Shown: positions 21,898-35,234 of the stretch, one piece after another | How the letters are laid out: each line of letters starts with the position of its first letter | Position numbering within the stretch: the first letter of the stretch is position 1 | Assembly (NCBI GenBank): GCA_030704615.1 | Contig: CM060732.1 | Location: forward strand, 48,546,001 to 48,610,000 | Source of the DNA: Takakia lepidozioides | Taxonomy: Eukaryota > Plantae > Bryophyta | DNA: 64,000 nt | Reading direction: 5' to 3' | The notes under the pieces: model-generated | What the model was told of the DNA's origin: nothing | Seen by the model: only the letters and a program-made list of their open reading frames with translations | Database searches by the model: none | Translations under genes and position numbers: made by a program

Positions 21898-24800
21898 TTA
21901 TTCTCTGGGGCGAGCAGACCACAGAGAGCTGAGAGCCCGAAGACGTGCAAAGTAATCTCCCATAGCAAGGAGCCCTCGGGCGGCTTGGCGTGTTGTCAAG
22001 ATGCGATGCATTTGCTGCAGAGTCTGTTGCCGCAAATTATCCGCCTGTCCAGCAAGCAGCCACAACTATTGAGTGCTTGCTATCTGACAGAGGGAAGCTG
22101 AGTTTGAAGACAATATGCCCCCCGACAGCTTTCAGCACCACTCTAGGACAAGAACAGGGCCTTTGAATAACTTTGCTGCACTAACCAGAAACGACAGAAT
22201 AGGAGGAGCTGAATTTCACCTCCTTCCTTGGAGGCAACAAGGGACAACAGACTAGCAGTTGCATACCTGACGCACAAAAGTTTCCAGCGTGCCAAGTTTG
22301 CCCATTGCCATAGCCATCTGCCCCATGTAATTAGCCACATTAGGTGCTTGGCCCAGTGATCCTGCAGCCAGAGTATCTGCAAGGGATTGTTGCAGAGCTT
22401 CCATGCCTTGAGAAAGAGCATCCTCAGCTTGCTGTGATGACTGCTGGAGATTACAGATGCCTAGTAGCTGCTGCTCAGTCAACGGCTCAATTTGTGGTAT
22501 AAGAATCTGCACACCCTCAAACAAGCACAGAAGCAGCTACATTCAGAAAACATGCATCAGTCATTGCTTGTATCCAACAAATATTCCTTGTGCTTGCCCA
22601 TAAATCTTTTGCATAAATCTCGCTTTGCATTAGTCTGGCAAGCCATGGTTGTGTCTCGCAGTACAAAACCTATCCCACGAAGCATTGCCATTATTTCTTG
22701 TGGCTGCTAAATAAGCATGCCAATAACCATCCTGCTGCCACTGAAACATGCTGACTATGACTCTGCTGCTCCTGACTGTCATTCTACATTGCAATAGGAA
22801 TAACAATGATATGCAATCATATCATCCACCAATACCTGCACACATCAAGGCAAGGCGAGAAAGGCACCTTCAGAAGTTCAGAAGGGCGAAAGCCACCCAT
22901 CCACATGAAGCAACGCTCAGCCGGAGTCTTCCACATGCCTGAGACGAGATGAAAGACATCGGCTTTAGCAGCAATGGACTTGAGGCGGAAAATGTCATCG
23001 TAGTGCGCCATGCCAGCATCTACCAGCAGTCGCAGCTCATTGTCTGCAACATGCGCTTGTATTGCTGCCCTCAATTCACACATCTGCCGGTGCTGCTCTT
23101 CTACCCACCTTCCGTACTCTATGTCAAATGCTGCCGCCCCTGCCAATCCCACCCAGTCCAGCCAGATGTCAACTTCTGCAAAGCCTTCACCACATATCTC
23201 AAGCTTTTGGACTCCAAATGCACATCCCTCCACATTCGAAGCTTGAAAAGGTCCCAAGCTCAGGATTTGATAGGATAGGTCTTCACTAAACTTAACAAAC
23301 ACAGGTAGCAGAATCTCTGACAGCTGTATGCAAGTAGAAGGGACTCCTCTACTCCCAACATGACATATGAGGGGGGAAGTTGCATTTTCTATTTTGAAGT
23401 AGCATCCGTACAAAGATAACATTTTGGATAGAGTAGTAACAGTACAGAGAGCAGTTTGTGCACACCCGGATTTATAGATCCATTCACACCACTGCCACCA
23501 GCATGAGGATGATTTTGGTCATTACTGTATCCTCCTCCACCACCTAGATAGAGACCCTGCAAACCCCACAAACATCGGTGAGATGGTCAAGCTGGGTTCC
23601 TAACATGCCACACTACAGACCCTCTTGACCTCCCATGTCTGATCCTTCAACCAAAGCATGACTCAGCTGCTCAACAGGTCTGCACAATTGGAAAGGGCCA
23701 CAAAAAGATATCTCACCTGTTGCCGAGCTCTTTGAAGTTCTTGCTCAAGTTGATTCAACTTGATGCGACTTGATTCAAGCTGCTGCACATATGCCTGTAC
23801 CACACAACCAAACCACCCCTCACTCTCAGCTAAATGCCTACATGTGTTCACGGCATCCATTGTCCACTTGTGCCACAGGCTTTAAACTAAAGCATACAAC
23901 ACATGCATCAGCCTTTGAACCAAGAGAAAATTACCTTTTTCCTGAGCCGGCTTTTACGTGCAGCTTCTCGATTCTGAGCAAGTCGCCTGAGAGCCTGTCA
24001 ACATGAGGTCTGAACATATGAAAATTCACCACACCATCGAACTGCACACTGGAGTGACTCTACAATAGTGCCTTCCCCAGCTGCTTTTGCAGATGTCAAC
24101 TATCCAGGGACTGCACACACTTTGGCAGTTAATAATTTAAAGATACGCAGCAATGACATGGTGTGAACATGTGCTGGAAGTAGCTTCATGATAGATCGTT
24201 TCAGTTCCAACACTCCCACTGGGTGATCTCCAGCCAAAGCAGACTGAAATATCTCATCACATGTTGCACTAACTATGCCATCAACAGATTGCAAAGGCTA
24301 CACCAAATAGACTGCCTATCCACGAAAGGAAAAACCAACCTTGGTGTCCCCGTTCTTTGTAGCCTCATGATCAGAGTTGTTGGTTAATCCTGTAGTCCCA
24401 GGATGCCCATCATCTAGCTGCGCACCAGCAGACTTTATTCAACAAACACGGTCTACTTCAGAAACACAATCATCCTTGAAATGCACAAACAATGATGCCC
24501 AGCTTGATTAGCTGGAATTCTCAACATAAGAAAAACCCATCAAACCACCCTTTTAAACTCTACCAAACCAATGTTTAGTTTTTCTAGTGCTCAAAAGATG
24601 CGGGGAGTTCTATTACCCAGTTGTCTACCTTCACGTCAGCTTCCATATCCGTGGAAGTATCTGTGCGGGGACTATTGTCAGCCATGCGGGAATCTGACCA
24701 GTGCTCAAATTGGTGGCTCGAGGGAGATCCAGTAAGAGTGCCCCTCTGTGATGATGCGTACTGGGCTGGCCGAGAATCGGTACTTGGTGGAGACGTCGAT

Positions 24801-26785
24801 GTCACCTGTGATGACTGGTGGTGCTGCTCGCCATCAATTCATACCCGTAGTCACATTATTAGCACTGCTGACAAATAACTTCACTCAACGCCAAGTGACC
24901 AAGCGATTTAGCAGACTAGTCACATCTCTTCACATTGAAGGTCATCATGGCTGAATCACATCACGCATGCAAAGCCAATGCAATTTGTAGCACATGAGAA
25001 CGTGCACGAAGGCGCAGACCAGTTATGCACCAATACATTTGTCCAGAACCTCACCTTGGTTGAGTGATCAAAACGAATAGGTCCTGCAGGTAATATGTTG
25101 AGAGTCGATCGGGAATCGCCAACAGAATCTACATACCAAAGCAACACACCCCATCAACAGCTAGACTGAAAAAGTTGGTATAGTCAGCTCGCTACACTGA
25201 TAGAAGCTTGTCAAGGCTACTGGTTCTCAATCCTGAGGGGACCATTGGACAACAAAGCCAACAGCCTGAAAAAACTGTGCGGAGACTTACAATTTGGTAC
25301 CCCAAGGTCTACTCACAAATTGGAAGGTTCACAACAACTATGCTTCACATGTACTACACACATTGCAATGTCTACCACTCAGTGCAGATTACTGGGCCAG
25401 GACAAGTCACAAGGGAAGAGAGCAGGAGAGAGAAGAGGCGAAAGGAAGAGTAGATAAGGCAAAAACCTACGTCTTCCGACAAGGTCAGGCTCTTCGTCAA
25501 GATTGAAGCTAAGAGGATGTTCAAGCTCCCCGATATCGTAAGCTCCTGTGTGCTCTTTTAAGGGCTTTGAACAAAAGGATGCTCTGAATATAGACAGCAC
25601 AACGGTGTATCTCATATCAGGCCCAAACAGAATGTGACCAATCATTTCTCACTCAGAGCGCATTGTCCATCTTAGACAGTATCATAGACATGAAGCGGCC
25701 GTGGCTGCATCTCAGGTTCTGAACGAGCTACCACAACCAATAAAAAGGACGCGGCGATTCCCGAAACACCTTGCCAGGAGTCATTAGGAAAGCACCCATC
25801 CGCGAAGAACAATGTGTCAAATTAGGCATAACTCAATAACACCACTGTACATGGGCAATCTGTGTCCCGTAGACAACCAGTTTCATGCCATCTCCACATG
25901 TGCACAGGTCGTACAAACGTCCCACTAATTGTGGGAGAAACCACTCTCAAATTCTGAATGGTCGGTAACAACGCTGCTCGAAACAGTAACGAGTACTAAC
26001 ACAGTAGACAGTAGTTAGACAGTAAATAGGCAGTAAACAGGCCGACACGAGCAAGCATGCAAGAAGATCCCACACCTGAACCCGTTACCCACATACTTTA
26101 CACCGAATTTCTCCATATGTCTAAAAATCAGCTGGCAGAGCCTCCCTGATTCAGAAAGTAGCGGACGTTGTGCCAAGAGAAAAGAGGAGCAGTGCGCTAG
26201 TGTAAAGCAGAACAAACACTACGGCTGACTCCTGCCCACATGCAAGCAAGGGGCTTGAAATGAAGGAGCAGCATAAAACCGCCCATCAACAGGAAAGGCC
26301 ACCGACAAAACTGCAGTGCAGCAGGAGTAATGCAAACACTTTCCACATCCGACCTCTAATACAGTAATCATCTTCCACATGTCACATCATCCTTAAAACT
26401 ACTTCACACATCACTCGCAAATCAGAACAGTGTGGCCAACCGACACTGCCCCGTAATCGCCCATCAAGGATATAAGCGAAAACCAACACCTAGTTGGTTG
26501 AAACTTGAGGGAGAGAAGAACAGTAAAGCCAGGTCTACCACTGTCACCGCTTCTACACTACACATCCAACTGGTCTCTCTACACAGGAGATCGCAGCTAT
26601 CAGATTACTTGCTTGCTTGTAGGCACCCCCAAGCTGGAAAATGAGGAAAGGACAAGGGAGCAGTACATGAGTTGATGGGATGACTGTGAGGAGGTAAGGC
26701 CGTGCATGCCGTAAGCCCCTGACGCAGAGGGAGGGATGATGGGCGCAGGCACCCCAGGTCCCCTCTGCCCCCTGCTATTCGCCAT
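21898..26785 (-). CDS. TGA: TGA-class (group D) bZIP transcription factor with DOG1 domain, TGA9/TGA10-like; multi-exon
   Basis: Exons encode LRRLAQNREAARKSRLRKK (~23935-23995), AYVQQLESSRIKLNQLEQELQRARQQ, AAAFDIEYGRWVEE..ERCFMWMGGFRPSELLK, ILIPQIEPLTEQQ..QQAEDALSQGM and ADNLRQQTLQQMHRILTTRQAAR..RALSSLWSARPRE* (stop 21898). N-terminal GAYDIGELE block present. The 5' exons and start are tentative. Confidence 0.93.
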
Positions 26786-27465
26786 CCATGCACTGTCTCA
26801 TTCCTGCCTACACCCCGCTCTCCCCACCATCCTGCTGCATCCCACTACCTCACTGTACCAACCCACCACCCCTAATCTTCCTCTCTCTCCCTCTCTCTCT
26901 CTCTCCTCCCGCTACTGTGCCCACAAGGGCCCCGAAACTTGAAACTTGTGCGTGCAGAAAAGCAGTGCAATGCTGCTGCAGATCACAAGGGAGGATCACA
27001 AGGCAAGGAATCAATCATAGCCCCTGCTTCTCACCCTCCCTCCCTCTTTAACTCTGCCTCGATGCTGCAACCATCCAGTCAACGTCGGGGACACTCAGGT
27101 TGACCAATTCCGGGCAGCTGCCCGCCGGGCACTCTCTCCCCCTCTCTTCTTCTGCCACACACCCCCATGCCCCACCCACAGAGCCTGTGACAGAGAGAGA
27201 GAAAGAGAGAGAGAGAGAGTGTGTGTGCCAACAAAGCACATGAGATGCCATTACTTTATTACTTGCACTGTTCTGTCTGCACAAAACAACTCACAGATTT
27301 TGCTCTCATGCCCATCCATTGATCAGCCTTGCTTGCTGTGTATGTAGCCTTGCTTTTGCATTAATAGCTGTTTTTTGGCTGTTTTGTGTTTTTGGGAGGG
27401 ATGAGTGACATGCGGGGGATGTGTCACATTCCGGGAGGCTTGGGTGTTTTTAATGAAGCCCTCCG

Positions 27466-27787
27466 GGATTCCATCACTTGGGTGTTGGTGCAAATGTCAC
27501 ATATTGTGGATTTCATCAGTTGGGTGTTGGTGCGAATGTCATGTTTCGAGGATTTCGTCAATTGGTGCAAACGTCACATATTGTGAATTTCATCAACTGG
27601 GTGTTGGTGCGAAGGTCATGTTTTGCGGATTTCATCAATTGGGTGTTGGTGCAAAGGTCATGGATTGCGGATTTCATCGATTGGGTGTTGTTGTGAATGT
27701 CATGTTTTGCGGATTTCATCAATTGGTGCAAACGTCATGTATTGTGGATTTCAGCAATTGGGTGTTGGCGCAGATGTCATGTATTGA
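27466..27787. repeat. Minisatellite, 8 units of 42 or 35 bp (order 42,42,35,42,42,42,35,42)
   Basis: Consensus GGATTTCATCAATTGGGTGTTGGTGCAAATGTCATGTTTTGC. The short units lack 7 bp. Confidence 0.9.
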
Positions 27788-28821
27788 GAGGACGGGTCTT
27801 TTACGGGGTCGTTGTCGACCTTGTGTGGTGCAATCCCAGTGAGTGATGTTTAGGTTTGCTTTGCTAAAATAAGTGTGGATGGTCTGATGCGAACGTCACG
27901 CCCCATGACTTGTGAAGGTATGTAGTGGTTACTTTCCCGTGGTATTCTCCTCAATTGATGCAAACATGGCCTGGGTGGGGCATCATTCTGATTACATAGG
28001 TTGTGACAAAGTTTGTGTGGAGGTAGAATGTTAATCCGGCGTCCCCGGGCGCGTGCCCCAGTGGCTGCTCTATCTGCGGCGCAGCAATATCAAGCACAGG
28101 TTCTTTAAACACCTGGTGAAGTCATTTTCTCTACAGTTGAGATCAGAAAGTGGACTTTTCCGTCGTCACGAAACACTCATGGAATTGAAACATGTTTGCC
28201 TCGTAACTAGTAACTACGCTCATGGAGACGAATATTCAAATGAAAGAAAACCCATAAAAAGAGAATCTCCAACTGAATGAAACCCCATCAAGAATATCGA
28301 AATTGCAGAAAACCAATCAAGGGATATCCAAATGGATGAAAACATATCGGGGAGGGAAGAAAATACATTATGGGAAAAACCAACCGGAAGAAAGAACGCC
28401 CATCGTGCCAAAGCGGAATCTGGGTGGGTGGTGGCACTGCATGGCGGACCGGTGTGCCCTATGCTGGGGAGTTCTCCAAATTCACCATGAGAATATACAA
28501 CTCCATTCGGACTCATCTAATGACTGCACATGTTAGTTTACCGGAGAACTTCCCAACGTAAGTTAGGCAAATGCATCACTTTCGACGTCATTTGATGTGC
28601 CAAGCAGTCATCTGAGTCCTCAAGACAACTGATCTAGTTTCCGGGTAGTTTCCGGGTCTCACGGTACAGTGCTCCGACATAGCCGCCTCTACGGAAATGA
28701 TGTAATTTTGGACTTAGAACGCTATCTTGTTTCATATCATGTTGCATCTGCAAATCTTAGATTCGTCCCCCCACAAGGCAAGTTGCTTATCTCTTTTTGT
28801 ATTTATATGTATTTTTAAAAA

Positions 28822-29585
28822 GGGAAACACCTGGGACTGTTATTATTTATCTATACGGTATTTGAAGTTCTTGAACAGTCTTGTTTATTATTTTGAGTGG
28901 TAGGTACTGTTTACAGCTTACCTCAAACTTCACGCTTTCAGAGTTAAAAATTCGTAAGTACTTCGGACGACAAGTGTAAGTCATTTCTGGGGACCTGCAT
29001 ATGTCCCATTGAGAGGGAGAGACCATATTAGTAAATGTTTATGGTACAATCTATGGGTGTTCCCCACAAACCATACCCATTTACACCGGTCCCATCCATC
29101 GCAAGAATATGACGTCTCAAAGCTCTTGGCTCCAATTTGTTTCCTTTTTCTCAGGGCTGGACACCTTTTTTCTTGTTTTTTAAAGGATATAGGCCCATCC
29201 TGAAAGGGGGCAGTAGCCGTGACGCGAAGTGGCTCTTAGTTACACTGGTTTCGGTAGGAGTCTTCTCTCGCTTAGAGGAAAAACAACTGCTCAGCCCGTA
29301 ACGGCTTTTAGTAAGTAGTCTTAGTGAATCAGGTTCCTAGGTTTGTCCCTAGGGACAGTTTTGTATGGTCCAGTGGGGACAATGGTACAATGAGTGTGCA
29401 TGCTTCAGGGCAAACAAATTCTACAAAAATCTTAGAACTACCAAGCAGGTAGGGTCAAAAGAAGGGTCAAATACCCTATCTGCCCTTTATTTTGACCCTG
29501 CCAGCTTGGTGCATGGACCCTATTTGCCCTATTGCATCACTATTAAGGGGCCTGATTTGTGAGCTGTCGCTCCCAGGTGTTTCCA
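28822..29585. mobile_element. Mutator-type MITE (~760 bp)
   Basis: TIR GGAAACACCTGGGA at 28823 is inverted at 29571-29584. Flanking 9-mers are TTTTAAAAA and TTTGAAAAA (8/9 TSD match). No ORF. Confidence 0.7.
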
Positions 29586-30973
29586 TTTGAAAAATAATAA
29601 GATAAAATAAAATAAATAAATGTATCTCTCATGCTTGTGTAATGACTGGGATGTGTAATAGTAATACTTCTTTCAGGTGGTAATATTATGCACCCGGAAA
29701 GTCATGCACCCGGAAAGTCACGCGTACTACAGTGCCTATATGTGTTAAAAAACACAACAAAGATGAGATGAGAGATGACTCTGGCCGAGGCCGCGGCATA
29801 ACAAACGATCCACTTCACCTTGGGGCCTCTCCCCCTTTTGGAGGTGGGCTCTATACCAAGGAGGGAGGACCGGGTGTTTCAGGTGGGTTCATTATTTTAT
29901 ACAAAGATGAGATTATGTATTGACCAGCAAATGTCCAAAGCTAAGGGACAGTTAAGAGCGTTGAACCCCTGATCACCTTTGTTATGCACAGTACACCCAA
30001 CCACACAAGCTAAAACACTAAAGAGTAAATAGTTGCTGCAAATTTTCTTTTATCACTTGTAATCTACTTACTTCCGTTTCGAAACTACAAACTGTAACTC
30101 GAAATTTGTTCCAGCCCGTAAGTAGATAGACCGCATTTGACCACGACAAATCTACAGACAGGCTTTGACAAGTTTGTGTTGAATACTGCGGATGCGACAC
30201 ACATGCTCTGCATTGTCAACCATCTTCTTCACTTTGTATTCCACGATCGGTTGGCTCCTCGTTTTCATCAAACATTTCCTCAAGGATCCAATACCCAACT
30301 CATCGCACCTTGTGATCCCCCCCTCTCTCTACAGTTGTGTTCTTTCTTTAATGCTGCATTCAGTATCACCGCCCTTGCAAATGGGTTGCCTCAGATGTCG
30401 TTGGACAGCCTCCGCTGATGAAACACTTCAACTACAGACAACTTTACAGTCAAATGCTAGACTTTATGCTCCAGTCTAGTTGCCTCCTAGTAGAAAAGGG
30501 ACCAGCGAGATCTTTCAGACTCTAGATTAATGGTGGACACACCACTTCAAACAAGCAACTATTTAGCCCTACCAGCAGCAACAGCTTCTCTAGCAGTTGC
30601 AACATCGAAGAACTGGCTAGTGAATAACAATTGGTCCAAAGACTGAGCAACCCATGGGGACTTCTTAACGGTTCTCAGATCTCGTGCACAATGTACACTC
30701 TCCATAGCTGCAATCCACTTTTAGTAGCAGCTCAATATCCAACAAAACTCTCAGAAAGTGCCATTCAATACACACCAGCACTACTGCTGTACCACAGACA
30801 ACCTCTCATGAGACTAGCACTGTAATCTGCTTTTGGGGTGCTCACTGAAAGGTACAAGAAACCACAAAAGAATGGTTACAATGAAGGCAATTTCTATGTT
30901 CATTCAATGGATGCCAGCAAGGGTTGCCTTGATGACAACATGCTGCCTCATCTCTCATGATGCATTACAAGAA

Positions 30974-33900
30974 TCAATAGCTGTCCTCCTCAGTTTCAGG
31001 TCTCCGCAGGTAGTAGCGCAGAGAGTTGGTCAAAACCTGTAACAACACAGTTATATCGTTGAGATACATTCATGAGTCCTGATGAAATGCAATATTTTCA
31101 ACATCTATTTGGAAGCCTATTCACAGAAGAAATTCAGCCACAAAACTTTGAAAGCTGTGTGTCTCAGCCATATATTGAGGACAAATAATCTGCCCAGCAT
31201 CAAATCCAAGAAGACGTTTTGGAGAAAGTAAGGAAGGTGCAATTGGGCATACCAGCTCCATGCTCTTGCTAAGGGATGTCCCATGATATGTTACATGGAA
31301 TGTATCTTTGGCCACTAGGCCCTGCATGTAACCAATCAGCACATGCATTATTCACAGAACCTTCTGTAGGCAATCGCATCTTCTCTCTGCTTGATATCCA
31401 TTTCTTCCCACACCACACCAAAAACAAGAGACAGATGCAAGAAAAAGAGAGTTCTTCCAACTCATCACCAGGAAGGATGCTAACAAAGTTACCTGCATCT
31501 AAGGCTCTCTTCCACAACGAAAAGTCCTTACCTCAGTATCAATCTCGGCTGACTCCACATAGACGCTTATGTCTGCTATCACCTTGATGATCTCCATTAG
31601 CAAGCCTGGTCTGTCTGCTGTCTCTATATGTAACAAACTGCATCCACCCATCCCACAACAAAGACCCGAATCCTCCAGTTCAAGTCTATTGTGGTATACA
31701 TTAGGGGTCCAGTTTGTGTCCAGACCACCTGTCAAAAGTATAACAAAACAGAAAACCTGTAAGGCCTTCCAAGGATGCAAAAGAGAGAGCCCTATGGGAA
31801 GGGGTATTTCAGGAGCAAAGGACGAGTTACCTTTGGGGACCATCCTTGGTGATACTGATGTGAGTTGCGACATCGACATCAAGCTGCTCAAGACATGCCA
31901 CCACTTGAACTTAGCTATGCCAGGACACGCACCCGACACTATCCTTATTCATCCATCCAACCTGACTAGAAAGCAGTAGCCATTCTGGGGGCAAGATCAT
32001 TTGGTAGACCTTCAGTGGTCACTTGCTAAATGTCAAATTTAGAGTTCTGCTAGTCACAATAGATGAGATATCACCTTATCATCCAGAAACGGCTCGCAAA
32101 TACCAGTAAAATGCAGTTCTCACATGAAACAAAAACAACAGTACCTACCAATTTGCTGCAGGGTTGTACAAACTGTTGGCAGAAAATGCGTTTGTTGACT
32201 GTTTGCAGAATTGCTAATTCGTCACACTACAGAAGATTGATCTTTAAAACTCCCCTGACTTGGACAAAAAAGTATCATGGCAGAGAACATATTTTTTTTC
32301 CTTGAGTTAATGAAGTAGCAGCATATTTGTGTGCCACAGTTCTCAAGCTATGAAAGTTGATTCCGGTTGAGTGCTCCTTTGCAGAGAAGCACTACTCGGA
32401 CCTGTTAACAAAGCCCTTCTTTGAGTCACTGATCCAGTACATCATTGGCTCAGTTGAGCCTAGGACATAAGGTGGTGACACCGCTCGCAAGATCTCTGAA
32501 CACATGCCATGTATGGAAATAAACATATGATGCATAAGAGAGAGACCTTTTTATTAGGTGGTTTTATCCCAAAAGCCTCTCCCATAGCCAACTGCTCACT
32601 AGATTCCTGCACGCAGATGCAAGATACAGTTCAAAGTTGAAGTGTCATGCCAGTTCAATCTGTCTTTTGTGTGCCTCTCTCACACATCACACAAAGACTT
32701 GGGATGCCAACTGTATTAGGGGTAAGGGCAGTATTTGAATGTACAGTTCATACCTCTGCATTACTACCGTTAACAGTGATTTCCTGGTTACCAGAGACAA
32801 AGAGATAAAAAACTCTTAACCCTGTTCATATCTGTGCATTACTACTGTTGCAGTGATTTCCACGTCACCAGATACAAGGAGATATAAAACTCTAAACGCC
32901 AGTTCATGAATATACAGGTTACACAATCCAAAAGTAGGAAGAGTCATACAGGGTGGTACTGCAAAAGGTTGTTGATGATGGTGAGGCGGATAGCTTCCAG
33001 CAGCTCTGGATTCTCAACCTTTTTATCATTGTCCCTGCCAGGGCCCACAGCCACCACCTCTGTGAAACTAAGAAAGACACAAACCAGGTTGCATATCAAA
33101 GCAGCTGACTCCAGCTTAGATGACTTAAGCTAGTGGAGTGGTTTATTGAAAAATTACCAGTGCAGTTCAATTTTTTATTCAGGAGAGATTCTGCTACAGG
33201 GACGGTGAGCCAGCAACCGGACATCAGCCATCCCCAATAACTAGGAATACTTTAGTTGCACAGGATGTGATAAATGCCCAATGAGTATGGATCAGTTTAC
33301 AGGACACATAGCTCAAGTAAAAGGTGTAGACATATCAGTGAGTAAGGCAGTTCAGAGCAGAGACTTAAGGCACACAATCACACACCGTGTTTCTTTTCAC
33401 TTATGATTCCAGGGACAAACAACCAATAACTGATTCAAAAGTGGTGGATTCGCTGCCAAATATCAGCTTGAGGTCCTTGGTATTGTGAGATGACAAAATA
33501 GTGAGAGATCAAATTACAATAGAACCAATTCAGGTGGGAGAACCTAAGCCGCGAGAGACAAAATTAGACATGATACACATTGTGCTTGCCCAAGCTACCC
33601 AGTAATTGAAGTCCATGACTCTGTCTGTGGCTCCACTTTAGAAACTGTTCTCTGACACATGGCGTTGGCTAGTGAGCCATCCCTGGATAGGCCACCTCCA
33701 CCTTCCAGCTAACTGACATGTAAGATGAGCTGAGCAAGAGCGCTTTCTTTATGGCACCCAAGAGAGAGAGAGAAGAAAGGAACTTCCACAACATCCACTG
33801 AGGAATCAAGAGAGTGAAAGACGATGAGAGTTAAACAAGTCAAGGACATACATGCGAGTGACTAAAAACTTCTTACGGCGCTTGTTTGGCTCCTCAGTAG

Positions 33901-35234
33901 TCACAATACCCCTGACAACGTTAAGTCCCAGATCCTTCAGCGCTCTAGTCTGCAAGATTCCATCCTCTCATTCACTACCTGGCCTTCCCAAACTAGTTGC
34001 AGGGATTCAACTAATTTCCATTCTCCATCAACCATCCACCTACCATTGGAATAAATTGAAAGTAAGCATCAACTTCACAACTATTAAGTAGCTTGGAAAC
34101 ATGACCAAGGGGAGGGATGACAGATAGTGCCCACAAGTTCCTAATGTCCTATCTTCACACCATCCAGATTGACATCCATAATGACTTAGAAAAGACCGAG
34201 TCAGATATTTTAACTCTTGCTGGAAGTACCTCGAAAACAGAGTCAAAGAGAGAGGAAGGGATCAAACCGTGTCAAGAAGAGCACCCAGGCGGTCCCCAAA
34301 GCTGATTTCCACTACAGTCGCATGTGGGTCAGAATCTTGACAAATGGTGACAATGGGCATTGGTTCTCCCTCATTGTTGGATTTAGTATCCTGTTTACAA
34401 GACCGAAACTTTAGGCCTAGCTGTGGCAAGAGGTGGACTGGACCTACTAGACAAAGGGCTGTAACTGAGAAGTGGGTTGGCATATCTTCTAAAACTTTGT
34501 GCTATTGGGCAGGTGGTTGCTAGGACTCAGAAACAATGGAGAACAATGAAGTGGGATTCCTCACATCACCTACTTGTGCACCAGCCTGGGCACACGAATA
34601 ATGGAGCAGTACAATTGTTATACATTCTGAGCACTCTGAAACTTATCCTCAAGTAGAACTGGTCTAGGGGAAATCAATAATGCATACTGTGAGAGGTGAT
34701 GTAGTGACGCTGGAAGACTCACTGGAGGTGTGGCAAAGCACCCTGTATGCCCACACACACCAAATAACGATGGAGCCTCCTTCAGTATTCTTGAGTACTG
34801 CTAATTATTGACAAACAGTGTAACAAGCTTTCAGGACAGAGCTGATTATTGGATGCCCAATAACTAACAGGTGCAGATCCAGTGGTGCAGATAACTCTGA
34901 AATCCAGTGATAACACAAGCACAGAAGACTGCAAAGAACTTCTTTCAATTTCAACTATGCACAGTAAGACGTGAACATTGAACATGTTTCGAGCTCAAGC
35001 GGCAGTGGATCCAATTGGTTAATGAGTTATGCTTCAAACCAACCTGCGATGAGAAGGGAACAAATGATTGCAGCGACACAGCCCTCGATCCTCGTGGCCC
35101 AGAACGCTCTTGCCCAATGCCAACGGAGCCGATGCCAGTTTCCCAGAAGCAAATGATCTGGGCGCCGCTCCAACATGACGAGGTGTGCATGTCTTCGCAA
35201 CCTGAAGGCTTGCAAATCCAGTTGACACGGCCAT
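30974..35234 (-). CDS. ACR12: Chloroplast ACT-domain repeat protein, ACR12-like; multi-exon
   Basis: Transit-peptide exon [10 protein letters not shown].. followed by [120 protein letters not shown] and [15 protein letters not shown]. Confidence 0.92.

Noticed and set aside
27405-27842. Repetitive Cys/Gly-rich ORFs
   Set aside because: These are translations of the minisatellite, and the 35-bp units shift the frame.
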